This document shows, one piece after another, positions 39,701-54,735 of a DNA stretch of 64,000 nucleotides. A program made the position numbers and the translations under genes. Numbering within the stretch: position 1 is the stretch's first letter; each line of letters starts with the position of its first letter. The stretch is from Phallusia mammillata. Taxonomy: Eukaryota. The stretch covers positions 28,644,001 through 28,708,000 of the forward strand of contig OZ281494.1 of the NCBI GenBank assembly GCA_965637545.1, given 5' to 3'. A model generated the notes under the pieces. That model was given only the letters and a program-made list of their open reading frames with translations. It was not told the origin of the DNA and did not search any database.

Positions 39701-41913
39701 TCACCAGAACCAAATTTAGAAAACACGATACGAGGCAACCATCTATTGTCTTAAAATATCATGATTTAAAAGTTCATCTTTATGTAGAACATGCTAACCC
39801 AGTCACTTATCTATGCAAAGTACATCAACCTACCCATTGGTAAGATTAAAAAGGTAAAACAAAGGTTCGCGAGGCAGAGATGGAAAATGATGAGCTGGGT
39901 GTGAGACATCTGGTTGCTCCGTCGCCACACAGTCACACACGCCAGGACAGTAAAGTTACCGGCGCACGAAAGAAGAAATATCATGAAGGTTCCAACGACC
40001 CGGATTAATTGACCAGTGTCAAAGATTAGTCGGTTGTCCTTCATAAATTTCTGCGATAAAATGATGTGTTTGATTTTTGGGTGTAAAGAATGTGTCATCT
40101 TCTTTAATAAAACTTGATTTTAATCGATTTAATTTAAAAGTTTTGAAATAATCCTATTGATTCGCTAATATAAAATAGTATTGGGTTTTAAAGTCAAATT
40201 CAGAATTATTTATAATTAGAATTAGTTTGCAAAATCCAACCAAAGTTGCATTATGAAGCAAAGTAGTAAATGGTATAAAACACAAAAATGCGTTTTAGGG
40301 AGAAATGAGTTAAAGATCTAAAGCTCTGTAAATAATGTATATGTTGTTGGGTAGCAAATCATGTGTTTAATCGAAAAAAACACCGTCAGAACATTTTTTT
40401 TATTCTATACACAGTTGAAGAAACGAATTTAGCATTATTGCAAAAGTACTCTTTCTGTTTCGAAATACGACACGTAATCTGGGCGCACTGTACGAGATGA
40501 GAAAAGTCCAGCTGGGGAATATATTGCTGGCCCGATGAATTGACTTTTCATGTGCAACGAATGATGTGACAGAAATCAAGACTGATGAGGCCCGTAGCCA
40601 TTCCTTCAAACCTGTGACATCCGTGCAAGAACGGATCGATGGAAATCGTTGTAAATCGCGGGCTTTTATTGATTTGTGTTTAGATTCAAGGAGATAAACA
40701 CGTCCGTCGTTCTCGGCAGATTGCTCAGGTTGTCACCCTTCGCTGCCGTGTGAGGGCAGTAGAAAGGCGTTGGTTTCAAGAACATTTTGTGTAGTTCTTG
40801 AAACTTAGCAATTATCCGGGAAGAGCTCTAATTTTTGGTAACAAAGTCTGAATTAGGTCCAAAAGTTAAATTTGCGGCACAAGTGTTTCGAGTGTAAGGT
40901 CAGGGCCAAATTAAGCCCGTGTTTTTTTCAATCTTAAGCCCAAAACACTTACAATTCTAATACAACTAATTACAAATTTTAGGAAATTATCAACAGTCGA
41001 TATTTAGCAAATCGATCTCAACGTTAAACGTTTACAGTGGAGCAACTGATCTTACGTCCTTATAGTGGCATTTTATCACGCTTTCGAAGAATTTCAGTGG
41101 GACGAGAAATGCGTACTTACTTTTTTATGCGTGTATTGACCAAAGGAGGGTAAATACGAACGTCGCTGGACAAACCTGTTTACGACAACCGTAAATCTGT
41201 CAGATAAGACAACAGTACAACACATAACAATGTTTTCAGCTTGGGAAATGTAATCGGCTAAAGAAATTTAAACGCATCGATTCTGGATTATAATCCGATT
41301 CCGAATCATTACTCCACAGGTTTATTACCAAGGTGAACAAACTGCTCAAATATGTTGTAATTCCCAATACACATCGAATAAATGTACAGTGCATTAAACA
41401 AAGTCTTTTGACCTTGCAGAAAACAAAACGTGTGTTAGTTGTATAACCTAAAACATTTCGGTGGCAATTAGTTGGGATGTGTCAAGTGCTGTACCAGGAT
41501 GGTACAATTTAGTTGTGTGGACTTCTCAGTAGATTAAAGTCTCAAACTTACTCAAAAAGTATTCACAACCAACTAACACGTTATTAAGAGTAAATATAGC
41601 TCCAGATCGTCCAGTTAGGCCACCAAAACTGACCGTCAATAACTATTATTTCTTTTTAAACATCAGAAATAAGCATAAGTAAAAAAAAAACAGTTGTTAT
41701 TGAGATCTTTGCAGTGCTAAAAGGTCTCGGGCCGTAAGTGGATCCAAATCCTTGGCTTTTCGATAAACCTACCGCGTACGAAAGGTTACAGTCGATAACT
41801 CCATCGATGTATACAGGGTCGAATCGTTCCTGGCAAGCAGTTGAGTTCACAAGGTCGCTTGCGTTTGTCGTAAAATTGAAGATATCCGTCGTTGGACTCG
41901 CCGTAAAATTCAT
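36800..41913 (-). CDS. GnRH-receptor-like class A GPCR with atypical signalling motifs
   Basis: Exons 41913-41773, 40050-39834 (TM1 CAGN, TM2 HLCLAN), 39461-39355 (DAVWNYTMEWYGGDAMCR...KQFGMY), 38963-38841 (VDKA), 38435-38213 (QCV, TM5 FFIP), 37834-37641 (CWGPYY), 37131-37004 (YLHPCFQPIIM), 36893 onward. C-terminal end uncertain: stop at 36800 if no further splicing. Confidence 0.9.
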
Positions 41914-42448
41914 TATTGCACTGAAATAGACAAATGTGTGAGGTGAGTAAAATAAAATACAATGTCTTAGTTTTTTATAACTTGGATAGACTTTCCTAAA
42001 AAGTCATTATCGTCTTGTTTGAACATCCGAATATCGCACTTAACCATGCCCGAAAAATGTGCTCTGATGTAGCGTTATTTCTTATGAATATATTGTCGGT
42101 GAAAGCCTCAAACCAAGTTACTCAGTTTCGTTGTTTTAGGTGTGATAACTGATATTGTAAGTGATTTGTCTATAACATTGGTATGAAATCGCGTCACACA
42201 TGAAAGGCAATGCAGCTACAACTCTTTAAAGCAGCATTTAGTACTTACCGACTTTCTAGAATGTTTCTTATGTTCAGCAACTCAGGTATTTCAGAAACCT
42301 ATACAATTTAGGGGCCTGAAAATAAGAAACACGTGTTGGTAAGTTTCCCCGCTGAAATTAATTACAACTCTGCTTACAGTTTGGCTCGAAAACAACTTGT
42401 ACAGTGGAAGTAAACAGTAACTCATGCCAAATAACGTATTTGCGTATC

Positions 42449-42547
42449 AATCATTTAAGAAAACTGAAACACGTTTGAAGAAAATCATTTAAGAAAACTG
42501 AAACACGTTTGAAGAAAATCATTTAAGAAAACTGAAACACGTTTGAA
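42449..42547. repeat. 34-bp minisatellite, about 2.9 copies
   Basis: AATCATTTAAGAAAACTGAAACACGTTTGAAGAA repeated. Confidence 0.9.
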
Positions 42548-45500
42548 AGTTGTTCATCAGACTTGAAATAGACAAACAATACTGTTGCCTCCCACCTTAT
42601 GAAAACAAGACAATACACACTCAAGACAGACGGATCAATATTTTGGGTTCTTTAAAGCAATAATAATGGTATTTTAAAGCTCTTGGACGTCTAACTTGGT
42701 TATAGGAAGCGACGGTCTAATGTTCCGACATATGGCGCCTTCTATGCTACGTGAAAACGAAAAAGGTTGGTTGCACAGCGAAATATTAAAATGGCTTTTA
42801 CCTTGCAAATGTTGGTTATTTTCATGCCTAGTTTTATCAAATAACCACAATCTTGCGGAACTAAATACGCGCACCACAGAGTAATTACGGAGCTTCTACC
42901 TGCGCAAGATTGGTATCTTAATGCGCCATGCAATTTGTCAACAGCTGCTGTACAAAGATTACGCTGAGACTGACACCATTCATAAATAATAATTGTTCTT
43001 CAATAGCGTACATTGGACTTAAAACATTATTCAAACGTTCCATAGATATAACACACGATAAAAATGACTTTTTTTAAAAGGGAACACTTGCAATTTATGC
43101 ACTCACTAATTTAACTGCTTGCTGAGAAAATCCTCAGTACCGGAGCGGAAATGATATTGCGTCAAAACAACAAGTAACAATACACGAGCTCTGGCATAAG
43201 CCAATTACTGCGTTCATGAGAACGGCAACACGATACCTTGCCGTCACAGTCAGTGGTGTAACACCACACCGCTGGTGTTTATGTGAACATGTTTTTTGGA
43301 TTACAATTGCGTTGAGCAGGAAACCTTCTTTTATCAGTCAGCTTTGACACTGATGGTTCCCTACGTTTGTTTTACATTTACGTCATGGCTCAATCCAAAA
43401 TTTTTCAGGCAGCACTACAAAAAAGTATTTTTTTCAGTGATTTCCAACTTGTACATCATAACCTTACGCAAAAAACTTGTGCGAAAACCCCAGACACCAC
43501 TTAAAGCCACAAGCCACAGTACATATAGAAGACAAGATTTTCTATTATTCAATACGATAAATAAGAATGCTTGTAACAAACAATGCTAAACCGCGGTTCT
43601 ATGCTTGAGAAGACGAAAAAGTAATTTTCTGGAAGGCAGTAAAAGTGGTTGTATTTTTCAGCATTTAACAAAACGACGCATCCGGAAGTTTCGGCGCCCC
43701 ATTCGAAAACATTTGTTTAAATACACAGCCGCAAAAATGTCACCTTAGTTAGAAGTATAATTTACTGCGTCCCTATTAAGCATTATTGATGTTCGCTATC
43801 AGAAAGCTCACACAAACAAACCCTACAAGAATAATTCATTTGCATGGGTATTTATTCCCATATACACATATTCACTTCGAAGACTTTATACTACCTTCAT
43901 AACATCTTAAATGAACGTGGCGTTCTACCAAGTGCAGCTAAGTGAGGTTGGGCTGTCAGCTGAAGGTCAAATACAGACACCTCCTGTCTACTGCGTATGA
44001 CAGCTGGAGCATTGCCAATTTGTCCGTTAACATTAAAGCTTATGGATGCATAGTTTAATGCGCATTAAGGATATACGTCAGATTTAAGTCGTGTATTTTA
44101 TGTATAATTCAATACCTTTTCCTGTCTGAAACCAAGTGGCTGATCAATACTGACATTAACAGCTATAACACTGTATTATTTTCGGACATAAAACACAAAA
44201 TAATCAATAACTTCAGCGCTGCTTCAGTATCCTCACTAAAGTGAACGAAAAACGATGACTTAAAATGGAAGATTATAATGCCCACACTACTGGAACTATT
44301 CAAGGCACTGAATCGTATTTTACGAGTAATTTTTCAAGCTTTTATTCCAAACTCCTTGCACTGCACACTGGTTAGTGCATTATCTCCAGTCACTATAGCA
44401 CACACCACTAGACATAGACATGCTGGCCTAATCCAATTATCCTAGTTCTTTTTTTCGAAATTGAATGCTATTAACGACAAGCGTTGGGTTAGGTAGCTTG
44501 ACGTATGCTGCCACGAATAAACACTTCGACCTTATACAACATTTGTCAGTTACGAAACGCTCAATCACGGAAATATTTCAGTTGTCGTTGCTGCAGGTAG
44601 AACGAAAAAGCGTTGGGTAATTAAATGTCCAGGTAATTTTCATTACCCAACGCTTCAACAAAGCATTGATGAATTATTGATAGTCAATTATGCGTGAAAC
44701 AAAATACAGAAGTCAAAGCTTATCGTCCAATATCGGTGGTTAATTTGACGAAAACTGAAATCGTTTTTCGTTTTTGACGAAAAACACACACTTACTTAAG
44801 CATGTCATCTATACTTCTATAGTAGTTAATTTAACACAAAATGAATGTTTTGATTTAAATTACTGTGCTACGGTGTTCGAAAAATCCCAAATCGCCCTAC
44901 AATGGTTAGTTATACTTGCCAGTAATGGGTATGTAAAACTTGCTAAAACTTGTCGATAGATTTCTTTTTTTTTAAATAACGAACTTAGCAGTTACAAAAC
45001 TGTGCCATAAAACACTTATCCTAAAGCGTAGGATGGAAATAGTGTCACAGCAATCATTGTTTTTGTGTTTAGAGAAATTGTGGGTTTACAATCTTGCCCC
45101 GGCAGATGTGGAAGCTTTTGTTAAATGCGACAAGTATAATGGCAAATCATACACCCGTTCCGAACGAATATTTCCCTATGGATGAATTATATTTTAATGA
45201 GGAGATTGACTTAGACTTGCCGTTCACCCAGCCGACTTAGTATGATCTGGCTGACCTCTTCAACGACGAGCTTACATCGATCTGTCTACGAATCAATATG
45301 AAAGGTATCCAGTAATCAGTAAAGGAAAGTGTCGCTTAACTGCACGATCCCAAACATATGCACTTGTATTTGAAAAAACAAACAAACAAAAAGTTCAACG
45401 AACATTTTTATCATACTTGTACCAATAGCGTTTTGTTAACCCTGCAACATAAGACCCAACCTAAATCTTGCGTGCGAGGAACGCTAATCCCTGTCTTTGA

Positions 45501-48068
45501 GAAAAACGACAATTTCAAAAAAACAAACAAGACATTCTGTAATTTTTTAAACGTAAAGATTAAAATCAATAAACCCCAACCTAGTTCCCTAACTTGCCCT
45601 ATGTGTGTATAATTCCGCTTGCAACTGCTGATTTACCAGAAGCAAAACACGCAGACCGCTAATTTGCTATTAAACTCATGTCTGCAGCGGTTTCTGCTTC
45701 GTCGTCACTGTGAAGTTGCTTGCAGTCAAAAGTGCAAGCCCTGACACATTGACCTGAAGGAGATGGAACACGGCTTATATCGATGAATAATGTCCAGCGG
45801 GATAGTGAAAAACAATGTCAAAATCGAAACTTTTCCCCTGGCTAATGGTAACAGAAGTGAAATCAGCACTGTCGGGATCCATTAGGAATGTTACAATTCA
45901 TGTTTCTACATGACAAACGATATTAACTGGATGCATGTAGGGTTAAGCAAGACCAAAACAGTAATTCAAATAATAAAGTTATACTTTGTTGCATACCTTC
46001 ATACAATATTTTACATTTAGTACCGTATTAAAGGCAGATGTTCACGGTTACAAACGCTTGCCAAAACTGTAATGTTTGTTGCCAAGTTCAAGTAAATGCG
46101 TCTGAAACGTTTTTGACATAAAACATTGAAGGCCGGATTTCTAAATACCAAGTCACAAGAGTAAAATCTCCCAACTGGTACGATCAACGCTACAAACTGG
46201 TTTCGGGGTAGTTAACCACTGAAGCATTGATGTACGTGCAGGTTAACCCAAGTAAGTCCCAAGGGGAGCAATCAAAATCTATATCACTGTGCAGTATGCG
46301 TTTAACAGAGTACTGTCTTCAACGGTAGCATTTGTTGACGTCGAAAGCAATATGCTATCAAAGATACCCTGGTACCCAACAAAAGTCACAACGCTATACG
46401 AGAACAAATATGTATTGTTCGTCAAAACCTCCAGACCCATTGTGTGTTTCAACCCATTGACGAATGAGGATACAATCTTGCAACATAGAGCTACAGTTAA
46501 TACCCGTAAAAAAACTGGTAAAATAAGTTGATACAAGATTTTAAGTGGCACAAAGGTATTTAGTCCTGTCCTAAATTAGGCTTAAGAGACTAAGCACAAA
46601 TATACATTACAAAAACTACAACACTCTGCACAGTTAATCACAAGCAATGCTATAAAACATTTGCGACTGATACATAATAAAACAACCTGTTCCAAACATT
46701 ATAAAGCACGTTTGCTGACGCAGGAATACTGGCCTCAACCACCTCTAAATGACATAGCTATCTCAGACACACAACCGATGATATGTAAGCATTTGATATG
46801 TAGCCCCACCAACCAAGTTCTTTGACCCAGCTTCCCAGACGACAACACCAGCATTGTTTTATAGCTTCGACAAATCGGAATTCATCACATTTTGCGAGTC
46901 AACATGAGTATCAGTAGCAGGATGGTGCACAAAACCTAACGTCGGTGTGGAATTAAGGCGACGCGTTGGCGCCTCAAGTATCAAAGCGCTAATGAGGAAG
47001 GTCGTTAGCGATGGATTGTCCAATCGTTTTTGTCAAAGCAAATTGAGTTACAGGGTGACATCCAAACTGCGACAATTAAGGCTGAACTAAAGCTGTTCCT
47101 TTTTACTTCAACAAACAATGCTACGGTGCAGAGATTGCAATCTGATTGTATGTATTGGTCTCAAGTGAAAATATGATGCCAACATGTAACGAAACTTTTA
47201 CAGCTTTTAAGTTTTAACAAAAGACACCCAAAGCATTTTAGAAAAAAATGATAACTGTATAATCAGGCACAAATACCGCGCTGTTAGTGATGTTTCACTA
47301 CATCTTTAATAATGACCTTATTAAGGTGCAACGGGGTATGGGTTAGTTTGTGAGATCATATCCCATAGTTATCGACGAGTGCCACCGATATCTCATGCAT
47401 TACCTTGTAAGGATTCTCCCAAAAGCACATTTCCATGTGCAACACAGCCTCTCATCAACAAACCTTTAGTTGTCGTATCGTTTTTCAGAAATTACGCTAT
47501 AACTATTGGTTAAAACAGCTGTTATTCCATTCAAAAATGAAGCAAGCGAAAGCCTGCGCCCACAAACTCCTAAACTACTTATGGTGTGCATGTTTTAAAC
47601 CAGTAGCTCTTAATTCATCTTAGATATGAAACAATGTTTAATTGACGAACTATTTTTCATCAACAAGAAAAATGGTCTGGTCTGAATCACTGTTTAGTTC
47701 CTATGCTCAGTGGAAAAGGGGTTGAAAAAAAATCGGAAGAGAAGCGCAAAAGCCGAGCAGATAAAGGATTCAATCGTGATTACTGCGCGCGGTTAGGGTT
47801 CGCGGTTATCGATCAGACATAATGACAATGTTAAGCCTTAAAAATCTACACACAACACTTGAAAACGCTGGTGGGATTACTTGGATTACGTTTGCATAGG
47901 TGCCTAAAATAAACAGGACCATATGGGATTGGTTAGCTGAAAAATTAAGACCCGATTCAGAAGCCAAAAATTAAGATTGCGGCAACGATAGAACACCAAA
48001 GCTTAAAAAAGACACATTGTCTAAAATATAGTGAGTAAAAATCATCGCTACTGATTAGTAGTTAAAAC

Positions 48069-48435
48069 TAGTGATGCACTAAACCCGCTTAAAAAGGTAA
48101 GAGTAAAAACGAAGTATTTAGCCAAGGCAGAATAATTTCGACAATATCAGGCCGAACCCGAAATCCTCCTTTTAAAGGATGTTTTCAACTGAACATAGCG
48201 TTTTTGATGCAGGTGAACTCATTTATGACACTTTTAACAACCTTAACAATGCGTTAGCAGAACAAAACATCAAGTATTTTGCGGATAGCGCTGCCCGTGT
48301 TTTCTAGATGAAATAATTTGATAATGTATAACGTTTAAATCACATTGCAAGTTTGTACACAATTTTTTACGAAAACAGTTCGGAATCGGCCAAATTTAAG
48401 TTCAGGCTTCGGCCAACCGAAACTTCGGTGCATCA
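48069..48435. mobile_element. hAT-type MITE with TAGTGATG ends (right end damaged)
   Basis: TAGTGATGCAC ... CGGTGCATCA; related to 54736-55213 and 60565-60968. Confidence 0.6.
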
Positions 48436-51400
48436 AAAATTAAAATGTTGAACCTGGAATGTCAAATAATCACGACAATAAAATGTTGAAACAACTTAAT
48501 AGACAGACACAACATTACATTACAATAGAAGACCAAGATGCAATGATATCTTAAAACGAAACTAAAACGTTAAATAATTTGAAGTTTTTCCAAGGAGAAA
48601 TCACTCGTACGAATCTTAGGCCTGGGATTACTGGGAGTTGAAACACGAAATCGTTCCATAACAAAACTTGTTTGGCAAAGCAGTAAACTTTGACGGGGCG
48701 CGAGCACTTGCTTACAGCAGCCCGAATATGTTTGTACCCGACAGAAATACACAAGGACTAGAGCCTTCGCGAAAAAAACGTCTAACCTGGGCAAAATGTA
48801 TGACCACGTTAAGCAAAGCAGTTGGATTCTATTAGAACGATTCATTGCAATTGGAGATATATTTAGTTATTAATGATTTGATTTCAATCAACTTGATTTG
48901 ATCAATGTGCTTTAAGTTAACTAAAACGGCTGACACGTGCACACACCCCACTTAGTTAGATCGCAAGAAAAGTTTATTTATGATTGAATGTCTCTGTAAC
49001 GCGCGACTTTATAGAATTTTTTAAAGCACTAAAATGGTGCACTTAACTAACCTGCCCATAAAACCAACGGAGAATGGAAACACAAAAGGCTACGAGGTCT
49101 TTAAACCCCCAAAATCGTTAAAATTTAAACTGGAAATTACGATTATGAAACGTAATTGAGACACAGGTAACATCACACAGTTACGCTTACAAAACTATTT
49201 TATATTTACGCAACTATGTCGACGTAGAAGAGTTACAGAAAATTTGCTAAACCCTAAAACGTACTGTTTGCCTGCCTCCACTCGTCTGTTCGACTCCAGG
49301 ACTGAACTCGTCTAGTTATTTGCCAACGCGATCGCGAAGAAGGCATTTTCCTTCGTCACGTAGCGGCCATGCCTCCAACACATCTAAACATTCTGCGCTA
49401 AAGTTAAAACCTCGACAAACTTTTAACTTTTCCATGACGTTTGGGCTAAAGCACTGAAAATGGAATATAATTTGCATGCCCCCAACTGTCAAGATGATTC
49501 GCTACGGCGTTAAGCTGAAAACCGTACGAAATTGGATGGAATAATCGCTTGAGGCACGTGAAAAGCATGATTTATCTGTAACATAGTCTCGCTTTTCTGG
49601 AAGCGCTCAACATCCAATACCGCTTGTGGGTCGACGTGCATAATTGAACAGAAACATATTGATCGAGTTTTGACATACTTTGTGATAAGACGCGATTTAT
49701 ATACAATGAGAAAATAAACTGTTGCGTTTAATTACAAAAATCATTGAACTACATCTTTGGTCGATAAACAGCAGTACAGACACAACGGTAAAAACTGTAA
49801 GTTTATAAACCATAACAATTAAACTTTAAGGATTTCTGCTAGTTTTAATTGATGGGGCGGTGAAGTACAGTCCATGTATTTATGGAAATAATTAAGATGA
49901 CAAAGTGGGCCAACTTCACATGTAGTAAAAAAAGCAAAATTGCTGATTGCAAACTCCTTACAATTACTCCTTACCATGATTTCGTTGTCCATGTGAAGGC
50001 GCATTTTGTACAAAAAACACACAAACTTTTTATCGTTGTTTTGCTACATGTTCATTTTTTTAATATGTAGTTGGCCTAAAACAACATGCCCAAAACAATC
50101 AAAATCCGTTTACAACTTACGCAGTTATTTATCTTGCCTTCAAAAATTAACAACAGTCGGACCGAAGGTGTAAATTTCCAAGAAGACAATTGGACGTTTT
50201 CTGGAACAAATAGGCCTACATATTTTTGTAAAAAAACACAAACTATCCAAATAGGAAATATGGTAAGCCATTGCAAATGGCAAGCCTAACCATTGCATAA
50301 GCAAAGCAACAAATTGTCATCAAACAAACCTACACGTGGTTTGACAACATGAAAACAGAAGGAAATAGCCTACGCCAATCTGAAGATTGTTGATCAAAGC
50401 AAAAACAAAAGAATTATTTTGTAGTTAGACTACAAATCTGTTGGATAAAGTTGTTTGGCAATGATGTACAAGCAAAACAAAATTTATTCAAAAAAACACG
50501 CACCTTCCACAAAAAATATTTTGGGCACATGCGTTGTACGTCACTCTAGCTGTTAACCATACAGCAATGATGTTAAAAGGCTTATATAGAAGATAAAAGG
50601 CTTATATTTTCACTTTTTAGTGTATTTTATGTCTTTAGGATGTGTTGTAAATTTACGATGAAAATTATGGCAATAAAAATAACGTTTTTTCAAAAAAAAA
50701 AAAAATATTGAGTTCGATCTATTTTAATATCGAGTGACAAACCACCATGACGCTGTCGAGATACCATCACCTCCTTGATTTCGTTTGGCGACGAAGCGTC
50801 TGCTTATTTTAGGTCGAATGTTTATTTCTACGTGACAAACAGCAGCTAAACAGCCACGTATAAAACGTTACATTTCGTCTCTAAAAAATCTTTGTAAAGT
50901 AAGTGCCGCAAAATTGTAAAGAGGCGCTTATAAAATGCCTTCGATAGGTATATATATTGATGATTTGAAACCTATTTCTTATGGAATTGGATTTACTAAA
51001 AACGTAAGATGAAGCTGTGTATATAACGTTTCATGACAGACAAATTCAATTTAGAGGGATCGATCAGTTTCTCAAATTTCAATTAACAGCTTATAGCGTT
51101 TACCCGACATTTTTCTTCACATGATCCAACAACCACCAAGCTTAAAAGTGCACAAAGTGTGCAAGCTAAGCTGAATTATGCATAAGAAAGGGTAACCACA
51201 TGAAGTGTAAAGAAAAATTGGTTATGACAAACTGTTAGGTCGCGTTAGAAAATCGATGCGTTTTCTTGTAGCCTTAATATTGAATATTTGTCTAGACCGG
51301 ACTACCTTGTGTTATGTTAATAAATGGATAAAACGGCGATGTGTTTGCACTGTAGTTGCGGACAGATGGTAACCACGATTGGGTGTTAAAAGACTGATAA

Positions 51401-51666
51401 ATAGTCGATACGTAATGATTAATGTGGTGTTTTTCCGAGCTGAATGGTTCATTTATGAATAACAACAAAACTGGTTTAGATATCTTTTTTGTTACCAATT
51501 TATATTTTTCAGATTGCTTCTAGTGTTTCACCCGATGGCAAACTGTTTCTATAGGAGGTCCGTTATTGCAAAAAAGAGAGTTTTGTAAAGAAATTGGAAG
51601 TAGGGATCCACACACATATACTCGAAAGTCAGTATTCATGCAGCTATCACGTCACCCAAAATTAAG

Positions 51667-51722
51667 CCGCTGTACGGGTATAATTAGCTGTATACGGGAT
51701 ATTTAGCTGTACGGGTATAATT
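51667..51722. repeat. Short imperfect repeat of about 20 bp, x3
   Basis: GCTGTACGGGTATAATT and variants. Confidence 0.6.
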
Positions 51723-54700
51723 CCCTGGCACAAAAAACAACAACAAATCGATTGACGGCTTAAACGCGATATGCGTCTGATCAAAGAATTGACCGATACT
51801 GTAAAATTAAACCAACACACACGTCAGAAAAGCAATTATGCCCAAATGCAATCCGTACACAATGTAACCTTGTTACGACAGTTACGTCCTTTGAAAGCAT
51901 GGGTAAATCCGTTTACAGCAAAAACGGTTTCGAATGAGAAAACGGTAGCGACATGGTTACTTAGCGCTGGGCCTCAACGAAGGACCCTACCGGAATATCC
52001 AATCAGGCGTCCACTAAATGTCAGCCAAGCCGATACTAATACATTTAAGGCAATTCGATTTGGCCGCACCTGGTACAAGGAATGTAAGCCGATGTCGCTG
52101 GAGATGCAATGTAATGTCATTTGCGACGTTAACGGACAACACGCAGATTGACTATACACAGCATTGGCACGCGTCTTGTTTTCAAATCTTGCAAAAACAC
52201 AACGTACGTATAAGCTGCTGCTAGATTATGTAAATTCTGCAAAAACATCCACGCCGTCTGGGATTAGAAGACGAGCGTTGAAAATATTTTTTGAAACTTG
52301 ATGACCTGAGTCTGTAATGTCACGGTTGCGTCATGCACTGGTAATTGAGTTGTTGTTTGGAGAAACGCGGTTCAGTGGTTTATGTTGTCATTTGCCGCAA
52401 ACTAACATGGACCGAGGTCATTGTGTAATCTGCGATTTTGTGTTAAAGCTTACAAGTTGAATGGCGGAACAGTCATCAACCTTTAAGGGGATTTATCAAC
52501 AAACAATTTAAAATTGTCTGTAATTTTTACGCCAAACCTGCTATAGTAGCTATACGAACAGTTTTGAACTGTTTTGTAACGGCGGGTGTACAACCTATGA
52601 CAGTCAAGTAGACAAATTTGTTCAACTGTGTACATGGACATTAAAATGTCAATACTGGTTGGTCATTGATTTAAACTCTTTCCTAACAGATTCTAATGGA
52701 TTTTCGGGCTCTGGAAATGTACATTACAATTTTTTATATTTTATTTTATAGTTCACTAAACAACTGGCATTACAAACGTAAGTTTATAGTCGGTGGGGTC
52801 ATTAATAGGTAGTTTTCGACAAATCGTTCAGTCAAATCTATGTATACGATTAGAAACCAATCAGGACCATCAGACACCAGTATAAGATGTTACATGTGTT
52901 ATATTACACTGGTGGCATGGGGAACAGCGTATTTCGTCCGGAAAAAGGTTGTGCAACACCGAACTAAAAGAATGGTCAAACTTATTAGGAGCCGCATTCA
53001 AAAAGTTTTTACAACAATAATCTTTAAAAATGTTTGAATCATTACATTTTCACTTTTTAAACACGTTGCCCAATCACTTGCAAAACCAGAAATACACAAA
53101 GTTAGGTGAATGCAAGGCTTTAGGAACATTTACGTTTGCCTGCATATCAACCGATAACAATCTATACCGACGTTCTGGAAAAACTGCGCAACGATCTGTT
53201 TCCACGAAAATTAAAATGTAAATACAATTTTGATAAAATATAATGAGTTCGAAATACCGTTAATGGCTTTCTCGAAAGTATGTGTTCAGTGGTCCGACGA
53301 AAGATGTATCCATTTAACGATACATGATAAAAGTCGCCGAAAATTATTTAGATTCAGTTTAATACCGGTGGGAAATAGAAAAGGTCAGATAAGAAAATTG
53401 CTTCATTTTCAGCTTAACGTCCTTCCGAGCATGAAAAATTGACGAATAACACAGAAGCCCTTTAATGCTGCAGAGTAGCTGTGTAGTTATTAAATAATTC
53501 AAGTGACCAAGGCGCCGTTCCGCCGATTTTAATCAATGGCCATTGGCTCATCTGGAAAATGCGTGTTTGGCGAAGGACATTTCGCGTAAAAAAATAACGG
53601 GAATTGATCGATTATCATGCCCACAAAATGGCCTTAACCAACGTTAATGCAACGTCTCGCGTTTGGCTATGAAAATCTACCGCAGGTCGATGCAGTTTTT
53701 GGCACGAAAACTTTTAACCGTAACCTTTTGGGGTTATCATTAACGCCTGATGCATTCAATTTTCGACGCCCCTGTCATGTTCACGGAACCTGTTTTACAT
53801 TAGAACAGAAATAGTTGGTTTCGAGGGATAGTAAAAAACCTTTTCATTCCTCGAGGGACTTGAAGATAACAAGTCTGATGAGCGTAAACCTATTAACAAG
53901 GCCATTAAACGCGGAGTATACAAACATGCCATAAGATATGAGTTCCGACCTGTACTAATCAATGCAAATATCTTGCGTGATTGGATGTAATTAATATCAG
54001 GGTAATACACGCTTATAGCTTTGTTGTAGCAGTTCGTGTTAAGGTCACGAACATGCAAGGACAAAAATATTTTCTGTGTCAACAGCAAATACTTGTATGC
54101 TTGTTGTAAAAAACAACACAGAATCATTACTGTCTGTTTGTGAAACATTTTTGCACACAAAGAAAATTGATCGTTGCTCAGCAACAAAAGGAGCGTGGTG
54201 TGGCGGCAATTTTGTAAAATGAATTTGTCTGTCTGGCACTCTGGCTATGATCACCGTAAGTAAATTAAATACGAATAAATTTGACAAAAAATCAATGAGA
54301 GCCCAGTAAACAAGATAGATCATAACATGTTTTGATGTTACCTACTATAAAATACGGTGAAAACATTGTGTAAAAATGGAAAGCGCAAATGTTGATATGA
54401 TATTGAAAAAACATGTAGCTTTACAAATGCATGTTTTGCTTGTCGTAAATGACGTTTAAAAAAATGATTGTTCTAGCAGCACTAATAAGCATTACATTTT
54501 CGTCAAAGTGCAGGTAGAAGAAAAATTTGGTTACTGGTTGCTCTGACGTCAAGTCAAAACGTAATATAGGTTTGCCTGTAAATCAGAACATTTAGGTACA
54601 AACCGCAAGTGTTTTAGGTTTTCAGTTTTCCTGTATTTCAATTTTTGAGCATTGTAAACACATAATGTCAAGTGCAACAAAGAATATCATTTTAAGGTAT

Positions 54701-54735
54701 GTTTAAGAGGTACATTACCTCCAAGCAGTTTAAAC

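Noticed and set aside
41656-41772. Read-through of receptor exon 1 giving a TM1-like tail (RPFSTAKISITTVFFLLMLIS)
   Set aside because: The hydrophobicity partly comes from a poly-T run; a good donor (GCG|GTAGGT) and an authentic TM1 in exon 2 explain the gene.
45170-45312. Acidic reading frame MANHTPVPNEYFPMDELYFNEEIDLDLPFTQPT*YDLADLF...
   Set aside because: Short, interrupted by a stop, with no supporting exons or family match.
50076-50276. Signal-peptide-like minus ORF with a GTAGGC donor
   Set aside because: No in-frame downstream exon or GnRH-type peptide motif found.
51771-52151. 126-aa ORF
   Set aside because: No motif, no splice context, compatible with chance.
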